Below are positions 1-9,762 of a stretch of 64,000 nt of DNA, piece by piece. Position 1 is the stretch's first letter, and the number at the start of each line of letters is the position of its first letter. The stretch comes from Candidatus Coprenecus pullicola (lineage in GTDB: Bacteria; Bacteroidota; Bacteroidia; Bacteroidales; UBA932). The translations under genes were made by a program, and so were the position numbers. The DNA lies in contig DVHR01000001.1 in NCBI GenBank assembly GCA_018711925.1, positions 47-64,046 on the forward strand, in the 5' to 3' direction. The notes under the pieces are model-generated. The model was given only the letters and a program-made list of their open reading frames with translations. It had not been told where the DNA came from and did no database searches.

Positions 1-135
1 AAACGTAAATTCGAGAAGACAGGAGTGGTACGCGAGCTGCGCAGCAGAAAGCAGTTCGAGAAACCTTCCGTGAAGAGAAGAAACGAGATCAAGAAGGCTA
101 TCTACGTACAGCACCTCAGACTGAACGAGGAGTAA
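1..135 (+). CDS. rpsU: 30S ribosomal protein S21, C-terminal part (5' end lies outside the window)
   Basis: Frame 1 reads KRKFEKTGVVRELRSRKQFEKPSVKRRNEIKKAIYVQHLRLNEE* with TAA at 133-135. This matches the remembered S21 C-terminus. A terminator follows. Confidence 0.85.
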   Translation, partial: KRKFEKTGVVRELRSRKQFEKPSVKRRNEIKKAIYVQHLRLNEE

Positions 136-157
136 CAAATCTATCATTAAGATACGA

Positions 158-188
158 AGCCGGCAGGATAACTGACCGGCTTTTTTTT
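158..188 (+). terminator. Rho-independent terminator after rpsU
   Basis: AGCCGG..(loop)..CCGGCT stem followed by T8 (181-188). Confidence 0.7.
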
Positions 189-423
189 GCAATCCATTTT
201 ACGAAACATCTGATTGCCTTCAACGCCGTTCAGGAGGAGCATAGCGCGCAAGATGAGAATTGCAGACTATTTCATAACCATCTGAATATACGGCACTTAC
301 AAAACGGCTTGCATTTCTCAGGCACTTATGACGCGGTGAGAATTGCAGAGCCTTTCGTAACACACTGACTCACAGACAACTGAAAAACAGCGTGCAATTC
401 ACAAAACGAATGAGCGATGCTGT

Positions 424-990
424 CTATTTCCGGCAGTACTGCAGATGCCACATGTCGTGCCCGAGGAATTGTCTTTCCTCCATGCGCGTGAATCCGAGTG
501 AGAGATACAGCCGCTCTGCATCCGGGTTCCCGAAATCCACCAACAGGCCGACACGCTCATGGCCTTCCGCCAAAGCCCGGTCACGCATTGCGGCAAGCAG
601 CCTGCCTCCGACACCGCATCCCCGGAAGGCCGGCAGAACAGCAATGGAGTCGAGATAGAATTCCCCGGGACCGGTCTCATCCTCGATAAAGGGAAGTGCT
701 GTCCCGATGTGCATACGGATTACGTCAAAAGTGTGGCTGCGCAGCTCCTGCAGCCTGGCCCCGTCGTAGCCTATGACAGTTCCCGCCAGAGCGCCATCCA
801 CCTCAGCCACAAGCGCATTGCGCCAGCTGTACTGTGAGGTCTCCATCCTCGCCAGTTCCTCTAAAACGCTCATATAATCATCCCCGCAATACTTCAGCGC
901 GGACTCATCTCCGCCTATGGCCATCACCACAGCCGAGGCTATCAACTGTGCATCATCCTCCGATGCCTGTCTTATAACAATCTGTCTCAT
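424..990 (-). CDS. GNAT family N-acetyltransferase
   Basis: 188-aa ORF with an ATG start. The acetyl-CoA binding motif A is visible (LPAFRGCGVGGRLL). Confidence 0.8.
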   Translation of the reverse strand: MRQIVIRQASEDDAQLIASAVVMAIGGDESALKYCGDDYMSVLEELARMETSQYSWRNALVAEVDGALAGTVIGYDGARLQELRSHTFDVIRMHIGTALPFIEDETGPGEFYLDSIAVLPAFRGCGVGGRLLAAMRDRALAEGHERVGLLVDFGNPDAERLYLSLGFTRMEERQFLGHDMWHLQYCRK

Positions 991-1503
991 ATATTTTTAC
1001 TTACAGCCGTTTAAGACCGTCATCCGACGCAAAGATGGGAAAAACATTGCAACTGAAAGAAAAATCGGCCAAAAACCGCTACAAATTGACCTTTCCCGGA
1101 ACGCCTCCGGCACCTGCTTTTGCAGCGTGAATTCACAAACAGAAGTGTACTAAAACCTTTTTTAAACCATCATCGCAGCAGCGATACGCACCGCAAGTCC
1201 TACACCGACCTGTCGGGAGCCACTGCCACAGAAAGCTGGCGGAGCAACGGGAAACTGTGCAGCAGGGCTTTTTTGTAATCGTCATATAATCAATCCATTA
1301 CAGTTCAGACATGATCTTTTCAGCACTTAGAAAAGCGTCGGAAAGAGCGGCAGCTCTCAAGAACACACTGATTACAAACACCTTGCAGATTCAAAGTGCG
1401 ACTGCACTTACCGTTGTCCACGGGGTCGGAGACCATAATTGCGACCATCGGTGTGTGCAGGCTCAGTGCTCAGAGACTGAATCACTATGGCTCGGCATAA
1501 TAG

Positions 1504-1536
1504 AAAAAGCCCGGCCGGTGTGGTTCCGGTCGGGCC
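1504..1536 (-). terminator. Rho-independent terminator after mutB
   Basis: On the minus strand: GCCCGACCGG-aaccaca-CCGGCCGGGC followed by TTTTT, about 50 nt past the mutB stop. Confidence 0.65.
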
Positions 1537-1586
1537 TGATTCATTGCCGTAGGGGCAGAGATACGCGCTCTACCGCCTCTGGAGCA

Positions 1587-3716
1587 TTAACGCATGTTGA
1601 GCAGCTCGATCATCTTGATGACTGCGGTGGAGATACGGGTACCGGGGCCGAAGATGGCGGCGGCACCTGCCTTGTAGAGGGCGTCGTAATCCTGAGGAGG
1701 AATGACACCGCCGACTACCACCATGATGTCCTCACGTCCGAGCTTCTTGAGCTCGTCGATGATCTGGGGCACGAGGGTCTTGTGACCGGCTGCAAGGGAG
1801 GATACGCCGACGATGTGAACGTCGTTCTCCACAGCCTGCTTTGCTGCCTCTGCAGGAGTCTGGAAGAGAGGGCCCATATCCACATCGAAGCCGCAGTCGG
1901 CATAACCGGTAGCCACAACCTTGGCTCCACGGTCGTGTCCGTCCTGACCCAGCTTGGCTATCATGATACGGGGCTGACGGCCTTCCTTCTTCGCGAACTC
2001 GGCAACCATCTCCTTGGCCTTCTCGAACTCGCTGTCATTCTTGACCTCTGAAGAGTAAACACCTGTATTCATACGTATAACTGCTTTATATCTTCCTACT
2101 ACTTTCTCGCATGCATCCGAAATCTCACCGAGAGTGGCGCGGTTGCGTGCGGCCTCGACTGCGAGCTCGAGCAGGTTGCCGCTCTTGGTCTCGACAGCCT
2201 TGGTGATGGCATCCAGAGAAGCCTGGACAGCGGCATTGTCACGGTTGGCACGAAGCTCCTTAAGACGGGCGATCTGGGACTCGCGTACCTTGGTATTGTC
2301 GATGTCGAGAATCTCGATGGGATCCTCCTTGTCCAGACGGTACTCATTGATACCGATAATCTTGTCCACACCTGAGTCGATACGGGCCTGCTTGCGTGCG
2401 GCGGCCTCCTCGATACGGAGTTTGGGGATACCGGTCTCGATAGCCTTGGCCATACCGCCGAGCTTCTCGATCTCCTGGATGTGCTCCCATGCCTTGTGGG
2501 CGATCTGGTCAGTCAGGTACTCTACGTAGTAGGAACCTGCCCAAGGATCTATGCCGCGGCAAACGTTGGTCTCCTCCTGGATGTAGATCTGGGTGTTACG
2601 TGCGATACGGGCGGAGAAGTCGGTAGGCAGGGCGATAGCCTCGTCGAGGGCGTTGGTATGCAGGGACTGGGTATGTCCGAGTGCGGCACCCATGGCCTCG
2701 ATACATGTCCTGGCCACGTTGTTGAAGGGATCCTGCTCGGTCAGGGACCAGCCGGAAGTCTGGCAGTGGGTCCTCAGTGAGAGGGACTTGTTGCTCTTAG
2801 GATTGAACTGCTTTACAATCTTGGCCCAGAGCATACGGGCTGCACGCATCTTGGCGATCTCCATGAAGTGGTTCATGCCGATGGCCCAGAAGAAGGACAG
2901 ACGGGGAGCGAAGGCATCCACGTCGATGCCGGCCTTGATACCTGTACGCAGGTACTCCAGACCGTCAGCCAGAGTATAGGCCATCTCGATGTCGCAGGTA
3001 GCACCGGCCTCCTGCATGTGGTAGCCGGAGATGGATATCGAGTTGAACTTGGGCATGTACTTGGAGGTGTAGGCGAAGATGTCACCGATAATCCTCATGG
3101 AGAACTCGGGGGGATAGATGTAGGTGTTGCGGACCATGAACTCCTTGAGGATATCGTTCTGGATGGTACCCTGCATCTCCTCGAGCTTGGCACCCTGCTC
3201 CTGGGCTGCCACGATGTAGAAGGCCAGGATAGGCAGAACGGCTCCGTTCATGGTCATGGACACTGACATCTTGTTCAGAGGTATCTGGTCGAAGAGCACC
3301 TTCATGTCCTCTACACTGCAGATGGACACACCGGCCTTGCCGACGTCACCCACTACTCTGGGATGGTCAGCGTCGTAGCCTCTGTGTGTTGCCAGGTCGA
3401 AGGCAACGGAAAGTCCCTTCTGTCCGGCAGCGAGGTTCCTGCGGTAGAATGCATTGGATTCCTCGGCCGTGGAGAATCCGGCATACTGACGGATGGTCCA
3501 GGGCCTCATCACGTACATGGTGCTGTAAGGTCCGCGGAGGAAAGGAGGAAGGCCTGCTGCATAGTTCAGGTGCTCCATTCCCTCATTGTCCTTGGGAGTG
3601 TAGATCTCCTTCACGCCGATGTGCTCCGGAGTCTCCCAAATCTGCTGTGAAGCAGCTGCCTGCGCGCATCCTGCGGCGGCATTGTCAAACTGTATGTCTT
3701 TAAAATTAGGACGCAT
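1587..3716 (-). CDS. mutB: Methylmalonyl-CoA mutase, large (catalytic, B12-binding) subunit
   Basis: 709 aa. Mutase barrel signature [22 protein letters not shown] and a C-terminal B12 domain with DxHxxG ([12 protein letters not shown]). Confidence 0.95.
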   Translation of the reverse strand: MRPNFKDIQFDNAAAGCAQAAASQQIWETPEHIGVKEIYTPKDNEGMEHLNYAAGLPPFLRGPYSTMYVMRPWTIRQYAGFSTAEESNAFYRRNLAAGQKGLSVAFDLATHRGYDADHPRVVGDVGKAGVSICSVEDMKVLFDQIPLNKMSVSMTMNGAVLPILAFYIVAAQEQGAKLEEMQGTIQNDILKEFMVRNTYIYPPEFSMRIIGDIFAYTSKYMPKFNSISISGYHMQEAGATCDIEMAYTLADGLEYLRTGIKAGIDVDAFAPRLSFFWAIGMNHFMEIAKMRAARMLWAKIVKQFNPKSNKSLSLRTHCQTSGWSLTEQDPFNNVARTCIEAMGAALGHTQSLHTNALDEAIALPTDFSARIARNTQIYIQEETNVCRGIDPWAGSYYVEYLTDQIAHKAWEHIQEIEKLGGMAKAIETGIPKLRIEEAAARKQARIDSGVDKIIGINEYRLDKEDPIEILDIDNTKVRESQIARLKELRANRDNAAVQASLDAITKAVETKSGNLLELAVEAARNRATLGEISDACEKVVGRYKAVIRMNTGVYSSEVKNDSEFEKAKEMVAEFAKKEGRQPRIMIAKLGQDGHDRGAKVVATGYADCGFDVDMGPLFQTPAEAAKQAVENDVHIVGVSSLAAGHKTLVPQIIDELKKLGREDIMVVVGGVIPPQDYDALYKAGAAAIFGPGTRISTAVIKMIELLNMR

Positions 3717-3727
3717 AACTTCTGAGA

Positions 3728-5620
3728 TTAAAGAGATTTGATTCCGAGCTTCTCCTGATAGCCGCGAAGGGTCTCGAGGACGTTGCTCTTGACACTGATA
3801 AAGTTCTGGATTCCCTTGGACTGGAGATCCTCCTTGCAGGCAGGCTCGCCTGCTACGACTACGATGGCCTTGTCACCGATAAGGCGTGCGATCTCAGGCA
3901 CTGCCTCAGCGTACTCGTCGTCGGACGAGCAGGCAACCACGATCTCGGCTCCGGAAGCGAGGGCAGCCTTTACGCCCTCCTCGATGGAAGCGAAACGGTT
4001 GTTGTCGATGATGCGGATACCGGCCACTGCGAAGAAGTTCGAGGAGAACTGGGCACGGGCGCGGCACATGGCCAGGTTGCCGAATGTAAGCATGAATGCC
4101 TTGGGCTCCTTGCCGCTGCGGTCTGTAGCAAGACGAAGGGCTTCGAAGGCCTCGGCTGCGCGGTAGGGCCTGAGAGGCTCGACCGCATCATCCTTATGGC
4201 ATCCGTGTGCGGGAACTACCTGCCCCATGCGGGTAGGAATATCACGGGAGACAATCTCGGGAGTAATCTCGTCACCGGCCTTCTCGAGGAAGTTCGGATA
4301 CTGGTTGCTTCCGAGGATGGTGTCGCGGCGGGTAGCGTAGTTCTTGTCCCTCTTGTCGGACACGGCCTTGATCTCGGACTGGATGAATCCGGCCTTGAAC
4401 TGGGCCACATAACCGCCGGCGGCCTCTACCTTGCGGAAGAGATCCCATGCGGCCTCGGCTATCTTCTCGGTAAGCATCTCCACATAGTAGGAACCGGCCG
4501 CAGGGTCGACGACCTTGTCGAAGCGGGCCTCCTCCTTGAGGATGTTCTGCACGTTGCGTGCGATACGGCGGGAGAAGTCATTGGGAACCCGGAACGCGAA
4601 GTCATAAGGCAGCACCTCGAGGTAGTCCACGCCTGCGATAGCAGCGCTCATGGCCTCGGTGGTACCGCGGAGCATATTTACATAGGAATCGTAGACTGTA
4701 AGGTTGTACTCGGAGGTGGTGGCGAATACCAGCATCATCTCAGGGCAGCCCTTGGCGCAGCCGTAGTCCTCGACAACGTTGGCCCAGAGCATGCGGGCGG
4801 CGCGGAACTTGGCTATCTCCATGAAATAGGAGCTGCCTACCGCAAACTCGAAGAAGGTCTTGCGGGCAATGGTCTCCACGTCGATGCCCATCTCGGAGAG
4901 ACGGGAGATGTACTCGCTGCCCTGGCTGAGGGCAAATGCGAGCTCCTGGGTGGAGGAGGCGCCGCAGCTGTTGTAGATGTACGCCCCTACCTCTATCACA
5001 CGTACATTCTTGTAAGGAGCAGCGGCCCTGACGCACTCTGCCAGGGCATTGAAAGCCTTTTCCTCACAGAATGTTCCCTTTGTATTGAGCGATCTGAGAG
5101 GCGAGAAGTCAAATGTAGCGCGCACAGTATCTTTGTCGACACCGAGAGAGTCCACGTATTTCAGGAAATTGGTCAGAGTACCAACTGTCCTCGGACAACA
5201 GCCGCGGAATCCTACAGGCACCTTTTCCAGCGCAATGCCCTTGAGGAGTGTCGCGAAATCCGAGACTTCCATGGACTTGCCCTCTCCAAGATAGAAGGTG
5301 AATGACTCCACACCCTTTGTGAGAAGCGTCAGCGCCTGGCTGTTGGCCGCAGCGGGATCCTCACAGCAGAGACTCTCGTTGATAAACCATTTGTTATTCT
5401 GCTTAGTTCCTCTTACGAAGGGGAACTCTCCAGGATTTTTCCCTACGTACTTCAGACCCTGAAGGTCCTCGGCACGGTAATAAGGACGCACGGAGAATCC
5501 GTCATAGGTCTTCCATACGAGCTTCTTCTCGTAGTCGGCGCCCTTGAGGTCCTTCGTGATCACCTCTTCCCATGCGGACGTAGGAACAGGAGGAAACTCT
5601 GTAAATAATTTTTCTGCCAT
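3728..5620 (-). CDS. mutA: Methylmalonyl-CoA mutase, small subunit
   Basis: 630 aa and mutase-like throughout ([15 protein letters not shown]). It sits 11 nt upstream of mutB on the same strand. Confidence 0.9.
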   Translation of the reverse strand: MAEKLFTEFPPVPTSAWEEVITKDLKGADYEKKLVWKTYDGFSVRPYYRAEDLQGLKYVGKNPGEFPFVRGTKQNNKWFINESLCCEDPAAANSQALTLLTKGVESFTFYLGEGKSMEVSDFATLLKGIALEKVPVGFRGCCPRTVGTLTNFLKYVDSLGVDKDTVRATFDFSPLRSLNTKGTFCEEKAFNALAECVRAAAPYKNVRVIEVGAYIYNSCGASSTQELAFALSQGSEYISRLSEMGIDVETIARKTFFEFAVGSSYFMEIAKFRAARMLWANVVEDYGCAKGCPEMMLVFATTSEYNLTVYDSYVNMLRGTTEAMSAAIAGVDYLEVLPYDFAFRVPNDFSRRIARNVQNILKEEARFDKVVDPAAGSYYVEMLTEKIAEAAWDLFRKVEAAGGYVAQFKAGFIQSEIKAVSDKRDKNYATRRDTILGSNQYPNFLEKAGDEITPEIVSRDIPTRMGQVVPAHGCHKDDAVEPLRPYRAAEAFEALRLATDRSGKEPKAFMLTFGNLAMCRARAQFSSNFFAVAGIRIIDNNRFASIEEGVKAALASGAEIVVACSSDDEYAEAVPEIARLIGDKAIVVVAGEPACKEDLQSKGIQNFISVKSNVLETLRGYQEKLGIKSL

Positions 5621-5655
5621 ATTTCAAATATTTGAAAGTTAATAGTTCCAGTCTG

Positions 5656-7644
5656 TTACAGAAGACTCTCGTCCACCAGATAGGGCATGGTGACCTTCAG
5701 CTCGGGGGTACGCTCCATCTCTCTCCTGATTGCAAACATGGCTCCCTTGTTGCGGGCCCAGCTGCGGCGGGCGATGCCGTTGTTGACATCCCAGTGGAGC
5801 ATGTTCCTAATGCGGCGGTCAGCGTCATCACTGCCGTCGATGACCATGCCGAAGCCTCCGTTGACGACCTCGCCCCAGCCTACTCCGCCGCCGTTGTGCA
5901 AGGACACCCAGGTAGCGCCGCGGAAGGAGTCGCCTATGACGTTCTGCACGGCCATGTCGGCGGTGAACTGTGATCCGTCGTAGATATTGGACGTCTCACG
6001 GTAAGGCGAGTCAGTACCGGATACGTCATGATGGTCGCGTCCGAGCACGATAGGTGCCGAGATACGGCCTTCCCTGATGGCCCTGTTCATTTCAAGGGCT
6101 ATCCTTATACGTCCTTCGGAATCGGCATAGAGAATACGTGCCTGCGACCCAACGACAAGCTTGTTCTTGCCTGCCTCCTTGATCCAGTGGATGTTGTCTG
6201 CAAGCTGGTGCTTGATTTCCTCCGGTGCCGTCCGGTAGATGTCCTCGAGCACTTCTGCCGCTATCCGGTCTGTCTCCGCCAGATCCTCAGGCTTTGAGGA
6301 TGTACATACCCAGCGGTACGGACCGAAGCCATAGTCGAAGAAGAGCGGGCCCATGATATCCTGCACATAGGAGGGATAACGGAAGGCCCCGTTCGCCCCC
6401 ATGATGTCAGCCTTCGCACGGGAAGCCTCCAGCAGGAAGGCATTACCGTAGTCGAAGAAGTACATACCCTTCTCTGTGAGCTTGTTGATGGCGGCCACCT
6501 GACGGCGGAGCGACTTCTGCACCTCCCTCTTGAACTTGTCAGGGTCGGAGGCCATCATCTCATTGGACTCCTCGAAAGTGAAACCTGCGGGATAGTAACC
6601 GCCGGCCCATGGATTGTGCAGTGAGGTCTGGTCGGAACCGAGGTCCACATCCACTCCCCTCTTTGCCAGTCTCTCCCAGAGGTCTACGATATTGCCCTGA
6701 TATGCCAGGGCCACAGCCTCCTTGTTCTCCCTGGCCTTGAGAGCCCTGTCGATAAGCGGGTCGAGTTCGGTGTACACCTCGTCTACCCAGCCCTGTGAGT
6801 AACGGGTCCTGATAGCCTTGGGATTGATCTCCGCGATGATACCGACCACACCGGCTATCACCGAGGCCTTGCCCTGAGCTCCAGACATACCGCCGAGACC
6901 TGAGCTTACGAAGAGCTTGCCGCGGTTCTCCGTCCCGGGACGGGTGTGCATCCTGGCGGCGTTCATGACAGTGATGGTCGTGCCGTGCACGATGCCCTGA
7001 GGACCTATATACATGAAGGAGCCCGCAGTCATCTGCCCGTACTGGGAGACACCGAGGGCGTTGAACTTCTCCCAATGATCCTTGGAAGAGTAGTTGGGAA
7101 TAACCATTCCGTTTGTGATGACCAGACGCGGTGCATCCTTATGCGAGGGGAAGAGCCCCAGCGGATGGCCCGAATACAGCACCAGGGTCTGCTCGTCCGT
7201 CATCTGCGAGAGATACTGCATGGTCAGACGGTACTGGGCCCAGTTCTGGAATGCGGCCCCGTTGCCTCCGTAGACGATCAGCTCGTGGGGGTGCTGGGCT
7301 ACGGCCATGTCCAGGTTATTGGATATCATCAGCATGATGGCCGCAGCCTGACGGCTCTTGTACGGAAAATCATCTATACTGCGTGCGTATATCTTGTAAT
7401 CGGGCCGCAGACGGTACATATAGATACGTCCGTAAGTCTCAAGCTCTTCCTTGAACTCAGGTATAAGCTCGGCATGGTGCTTTGGAGGAAAATACCGCAG
7501 CGCGTTTTTCAATGCCAGTTTCTTTTCCTCAGCGGTAAGTATCTGCTTTCTGTGCGGAGCATGATTGACCGTCGGGTCAAATGGTTTGGGAGCCGGAAGC
7601 ACATCCGGGATACCCTCGATAATTGATTTCTGGAAATCAGTCAT
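5656..7644 (-). CDS. hutU: Urocanate hydratase
   Basis: 663 aa counted from MTDFQKS. The ORF-track start at 7710 adds 22 implausible residues. NAD-site motif SGLGGMSGAQGKA and the long conserved block GQMTAGSFMYIGPQGIVHGT are present. Confidence 0.95.
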   Translation of the reverse strand: MTDFQKSIIEGIPDVLPAPKPFDPTVNHAPHRKQILTAEEKKLALKNALRYFPPKHHAELIPEFKEELETYGRIYMYRLRPDYKIYARSIDDFPYKSRQAAAIMLMISNNLDMAVAQHPHELIVYGGNGAAFQNWAQYRLTMQYLSQMTDEQTLVLYSGHPLGLFPSHKDAPRLVITNGMVIPNYSSKDHWEKFNALGVSQYGQMTAGSFMYIGPQGIVHGTTITVMNAARMHTRPGTENRGKLFVSSGLGGMSGAQGKASVIAGVVGIIAEINPKAIRTRYSQGWVDEVYTELDPLIDRALKARENKEAVALAYQGNIVDLWERLAKRGVDVDLGSDQTSLHNPWAGGYYPAGFTFEESNEMMASDPDKFKREVQKSLRRQVAAINKLTEKGMYFFDYGNAFLLEASRAKADIMGANGAFRYPSYVQDIMGPLFFDYGFGPYRWVCTSSKPEDLAETDRIAAEVLEDIYRTAPEEIKHQLADNIHWIKEAGKNKLVVGSQARILYADSEGRIRIALEMNRAIREGRISAPIVLGRDHHDVSGTDSPYRETSNIYDGSQFTADMAVQNVIGDSFRGATWVSLHNGGGVGWGEVVNGGFGMVIDGSDDADRRIRNMLHWDVNNGIARRSWARNKGAMFAIRREMERTPELKVTMPYLVDESLL

Positions 7645-7686
7645 ATAGTCTATATTTTGTCGAATTTGCAATCTACAAATAACATA

Positions 7687-7694
7687 CAAAAATA
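7687..7694 (-). promoter_or_regulatory. Candidate Bacteroidetes -7 box (TAttTTTG) for hutU
   Basis: The minus strand reads TATTTTTG, 43 nt upstream of the ATG at 7644. The consensus is TAnnTTTG. Confidence 0.35.
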
Positions 7695-7841
7695 GTAAAA
7701 AGTCCCGCAAAATCGTCTTTCAATAGAAGAAAAGATTTATCTTAGCGCCCCGTAATCTGAATAATGCACTGTCATATACAGTTTGAATAGGCTAATTCTA
7801 GAATATTTTGTACTAACTATTTAAACCAAAACAAACTCATT

Positions 7842-9656
7842 ATGAGCAATTTATCATTAAAACACCTTCTACTTGCCGCCACAGTCGCCATCACCGGCAC
7901 ATTCTCTTGCAGGCAAGCGGAAGAATTATCGTCGGAAGCCGAGATCGTCTCATTCACTTTTGACACATCTGTTGAAGCGAACAGCATCGTGACTTCAGTG
8001 CCTGTCATCAACGGTGACAGCATCACATTCAGTGTCAGCTCCGACTCCGTTTCCGAGCGGCTCTCCGCCCTCGTTCCCACCATTACTGTCTCTGAAAACG
8101 CGACAGTCTCACCGGCATCAGGTTCGGCCGTGGACTTCTCACAAGGCTCAGTGACATTCACTGTAACAGCACAGGACGGTGTAACAACAAGAGCCTATTT
8201 CGCGAAAGCAGTCACCGGCACTACTGACAATCCCGACATCACATACCCCATAGACGAGCAGCTGGCCGGCGAGTACAAGGGCCTGCTCAATATCACTTTG
8301 GGAGGTGAGCCCGTCGGTTCGGACATCGCCAGGAACATCACTGTCGCCAAAGTTGACGACGAGACCGTCAGCCTCACACTTGAGGACTTCTCTTTCATGG
8401 GCATGGAGTTGGGCACCATCAAAGTTGACAGCTGCAAGATAGTCGGTTCCGACATACCGGAGTACGACTACACCCTGTCCGGTGAACAGACTCTGACCCT
8501 CAATGTCATCGGCGAGCAGCACGTCACTGTCGACGGAGGATTCGCCGACAACACCATCAGCCTCACTATCAGTATCGACTTCAACGGCACACCAGTAGAC
8601 GTCACATTCGAAGGTACCAAACTCACCGGAAACGAAAGCAGCGAGGCACTCATCACTTCCTTCACCTTTGACGCCTCCAACTCCGCCAATGCAGCTGTTT
8701 TCGGGACAACAATCGACCAGGACAACCGTACTGTTTCCGTAAGCATGAATCCCGACACCGCCGGAGCATGGGATCTCACCGCTCTGGTTCCCACTATCGA
8801 AGTCTCGCAAGGAGCCACAGTCACCCCGGCATCAGGAAGCGCCATAGACCTTTCCAACGGCAAGTCGGTGACATTCACTGTTGTGGCTGAGAACGGCACC
8901 GAAAACACCTATACCGTCTCCGCCTCCGGAAGCATTTATTTCTACGATTTCGAGACATGGGAGGCAGGAACGATGTACAACGACATCCTCAACCCCGCAG
9001 GCTGGGCCACATGTAACGATGCCGTGGCACTGATTAAGAACATGGGTCCTATTTTCGGAGGCGGCATCACATACGATGGCGAGTACCCCGTACGTCCTAC
9101 CGACAATGGCCTGGAGGGCAAAGGGGTCATCATCGAGTCAGTATTCACCACCGGAGGCGAAATGATGGGACAGAAGATTCCGGCTGTCACCTCCGGCACC
9201 ATCTTCCTCGGCACTTTCAATGCTATGGCCGCAATGCAAAATCCCATGGCCACCACCGAGTTCGGCATCATCTTCGAGGACAAGCCTCTGACCGTCACCG
9301 GATGGCTGAAATACACCCCGGGAGAGGACTTCTATAACGAGAACGGAAACATCATCGACCAGCAGGATCTCGGCACTGTCAACGCAGTACTCTACGAGGT
9401 CTCCAGCGAGGACGAGACACTCAACGGTGAGAACATCTACACATCGGAGGCCATCTGCGCCACCGGCAGCTTCGAGACAGCCGGCGCCGCTGAGTTCACC
9501 CAGTTTACCGTCGACATGGAGTACGTCAAGGACTACGACCCCTCCAAGACCTACAAGCTGGCCGTAATCTTCGCAGCCAGCAAGGAAGGCAACCAGTACC
9601 GTGCCGCCTCGGGCAGCATCATGGTCGTGGACAGCGTAACCATCATCTGCGAGTAA
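7842..9656 (+). CDS. Surface lipoprotein with two tandem Ig-like repeats and a C-terminal PCMD-like domain (putative carbohydrate metabolism domain family)
   Basis: Lipobox TGTFSC. The internal repeat LVPTI(T/E)VS.(N/G)ATV(S/T)PASGSA(V/I)D...VTFTV.A..G occurs twice. The C-terminal domain shares FYDFETW...CNDA...VVDSVTI with three paralogs in the window. Confidence 0.75.
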   Translation: MSNLSLKHLLLAATVAITGTFSCRQAEELSSEAEIVSFTFDTSVEANSIVTSVPVINGDSITFSVSSDSVSERLSALVPTITVSENATVSPASGSAVDFSQGSVTFTVTAQDGVTTRAYFAKAVTGTTDNPDITYPIDEQLAGEYKGLLNITLGGEPVGSDIARNITVAKVDDETVSLTLEDFSFMGMELGTIKVDSCKIVGSDIPEYDYTLSGEQTLTLNVIGEQHVTVDGGFADNTISLTISIDFNGTPVDVTFEGTKLTGNESSEALITSFTFDASNSANAAVFGTTIDQDNRTVSVSMNPDTAGAWDLTALVPTIEVSQGATVTPASGSAIDLSNGKSVTFTVVAENGTENTYTVSASGSIYFYDFETWEAGTMYNDILNPAGWATCNDAVALIKNMGPIFGGGITYDGEYPVRPTDNGLEGKGVIIESVFTTGGEMMGQKIPAVTSGTIFLGTFNAMAAMQNPMATTEFGIIFEDKPLTVTGWLKYTPGEDFYNENGNIIDQQDLGTVNAVLYEVSSEDETLNGENIYTSEAICATGSFETAGAAEFTQFTVDMEYVKDYDPSKTYKLAVIFAASKEGNQYRAASGSIMVVDSVTIICE

Positions 9657-9678
9657 TTCAGCCGACCTTGATCCAGTT

Positions 9679-9726
9679 AAGCCAGACAGGTTTTTCCAAA
9701 AAATCCATCTGGCTTTTATTTATTTT
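9679..9726 (+). terminator. Rho-independent terminator
   Basis: AAGCCAGA..(21 nt)..TCTGGCTT followed by TTATTTATTTT. Confidence 0.6.
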
Positions 9727-9728
9727 CG

Positions 9729-9736
9729 TACATTTG
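9729..9736 (+). promoter_or_regulatory. Candidate -7 box TAcaTTTG
   Basis: Exact TAnnTTTG match, 27 nt upstream of the ATG at 9763. Confidence 0.45.
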
Positions 9737-9762
9737 CATGAATATATTTTAATTTTTGTTTT

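Noticed and set aside
1150-1290. A cobalamin riboswitch might be present, since GCCACTG occurs near the B12-dependent mutase genes. I also checked 58658-58780 upstream of the BtuF-like gene.
   Set aside because: The GCCACTG is isolated and in the wrong order relative to any AGGGAA-like element. It also lies downstream of mutB, not upstream. Nothing riboswitch-like precedes the binding-protein gene.
5656-7710. Several ORF-track models have N-terminal extensions. The track starts in question are 7710, 14758, 22156, 32957, 34619, 36481, 46496, 50044, 51601, 52995, 58319 and 61608.
   Set aside because: The extensions lack signal or domain content, overlap neighbouring genes, or begin at non-ATG codons. 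Internal ATGs restore canonical N-termini (for example [38 protein letters not shown]) and sit at sensible distances from TAnnTTTG boxes.
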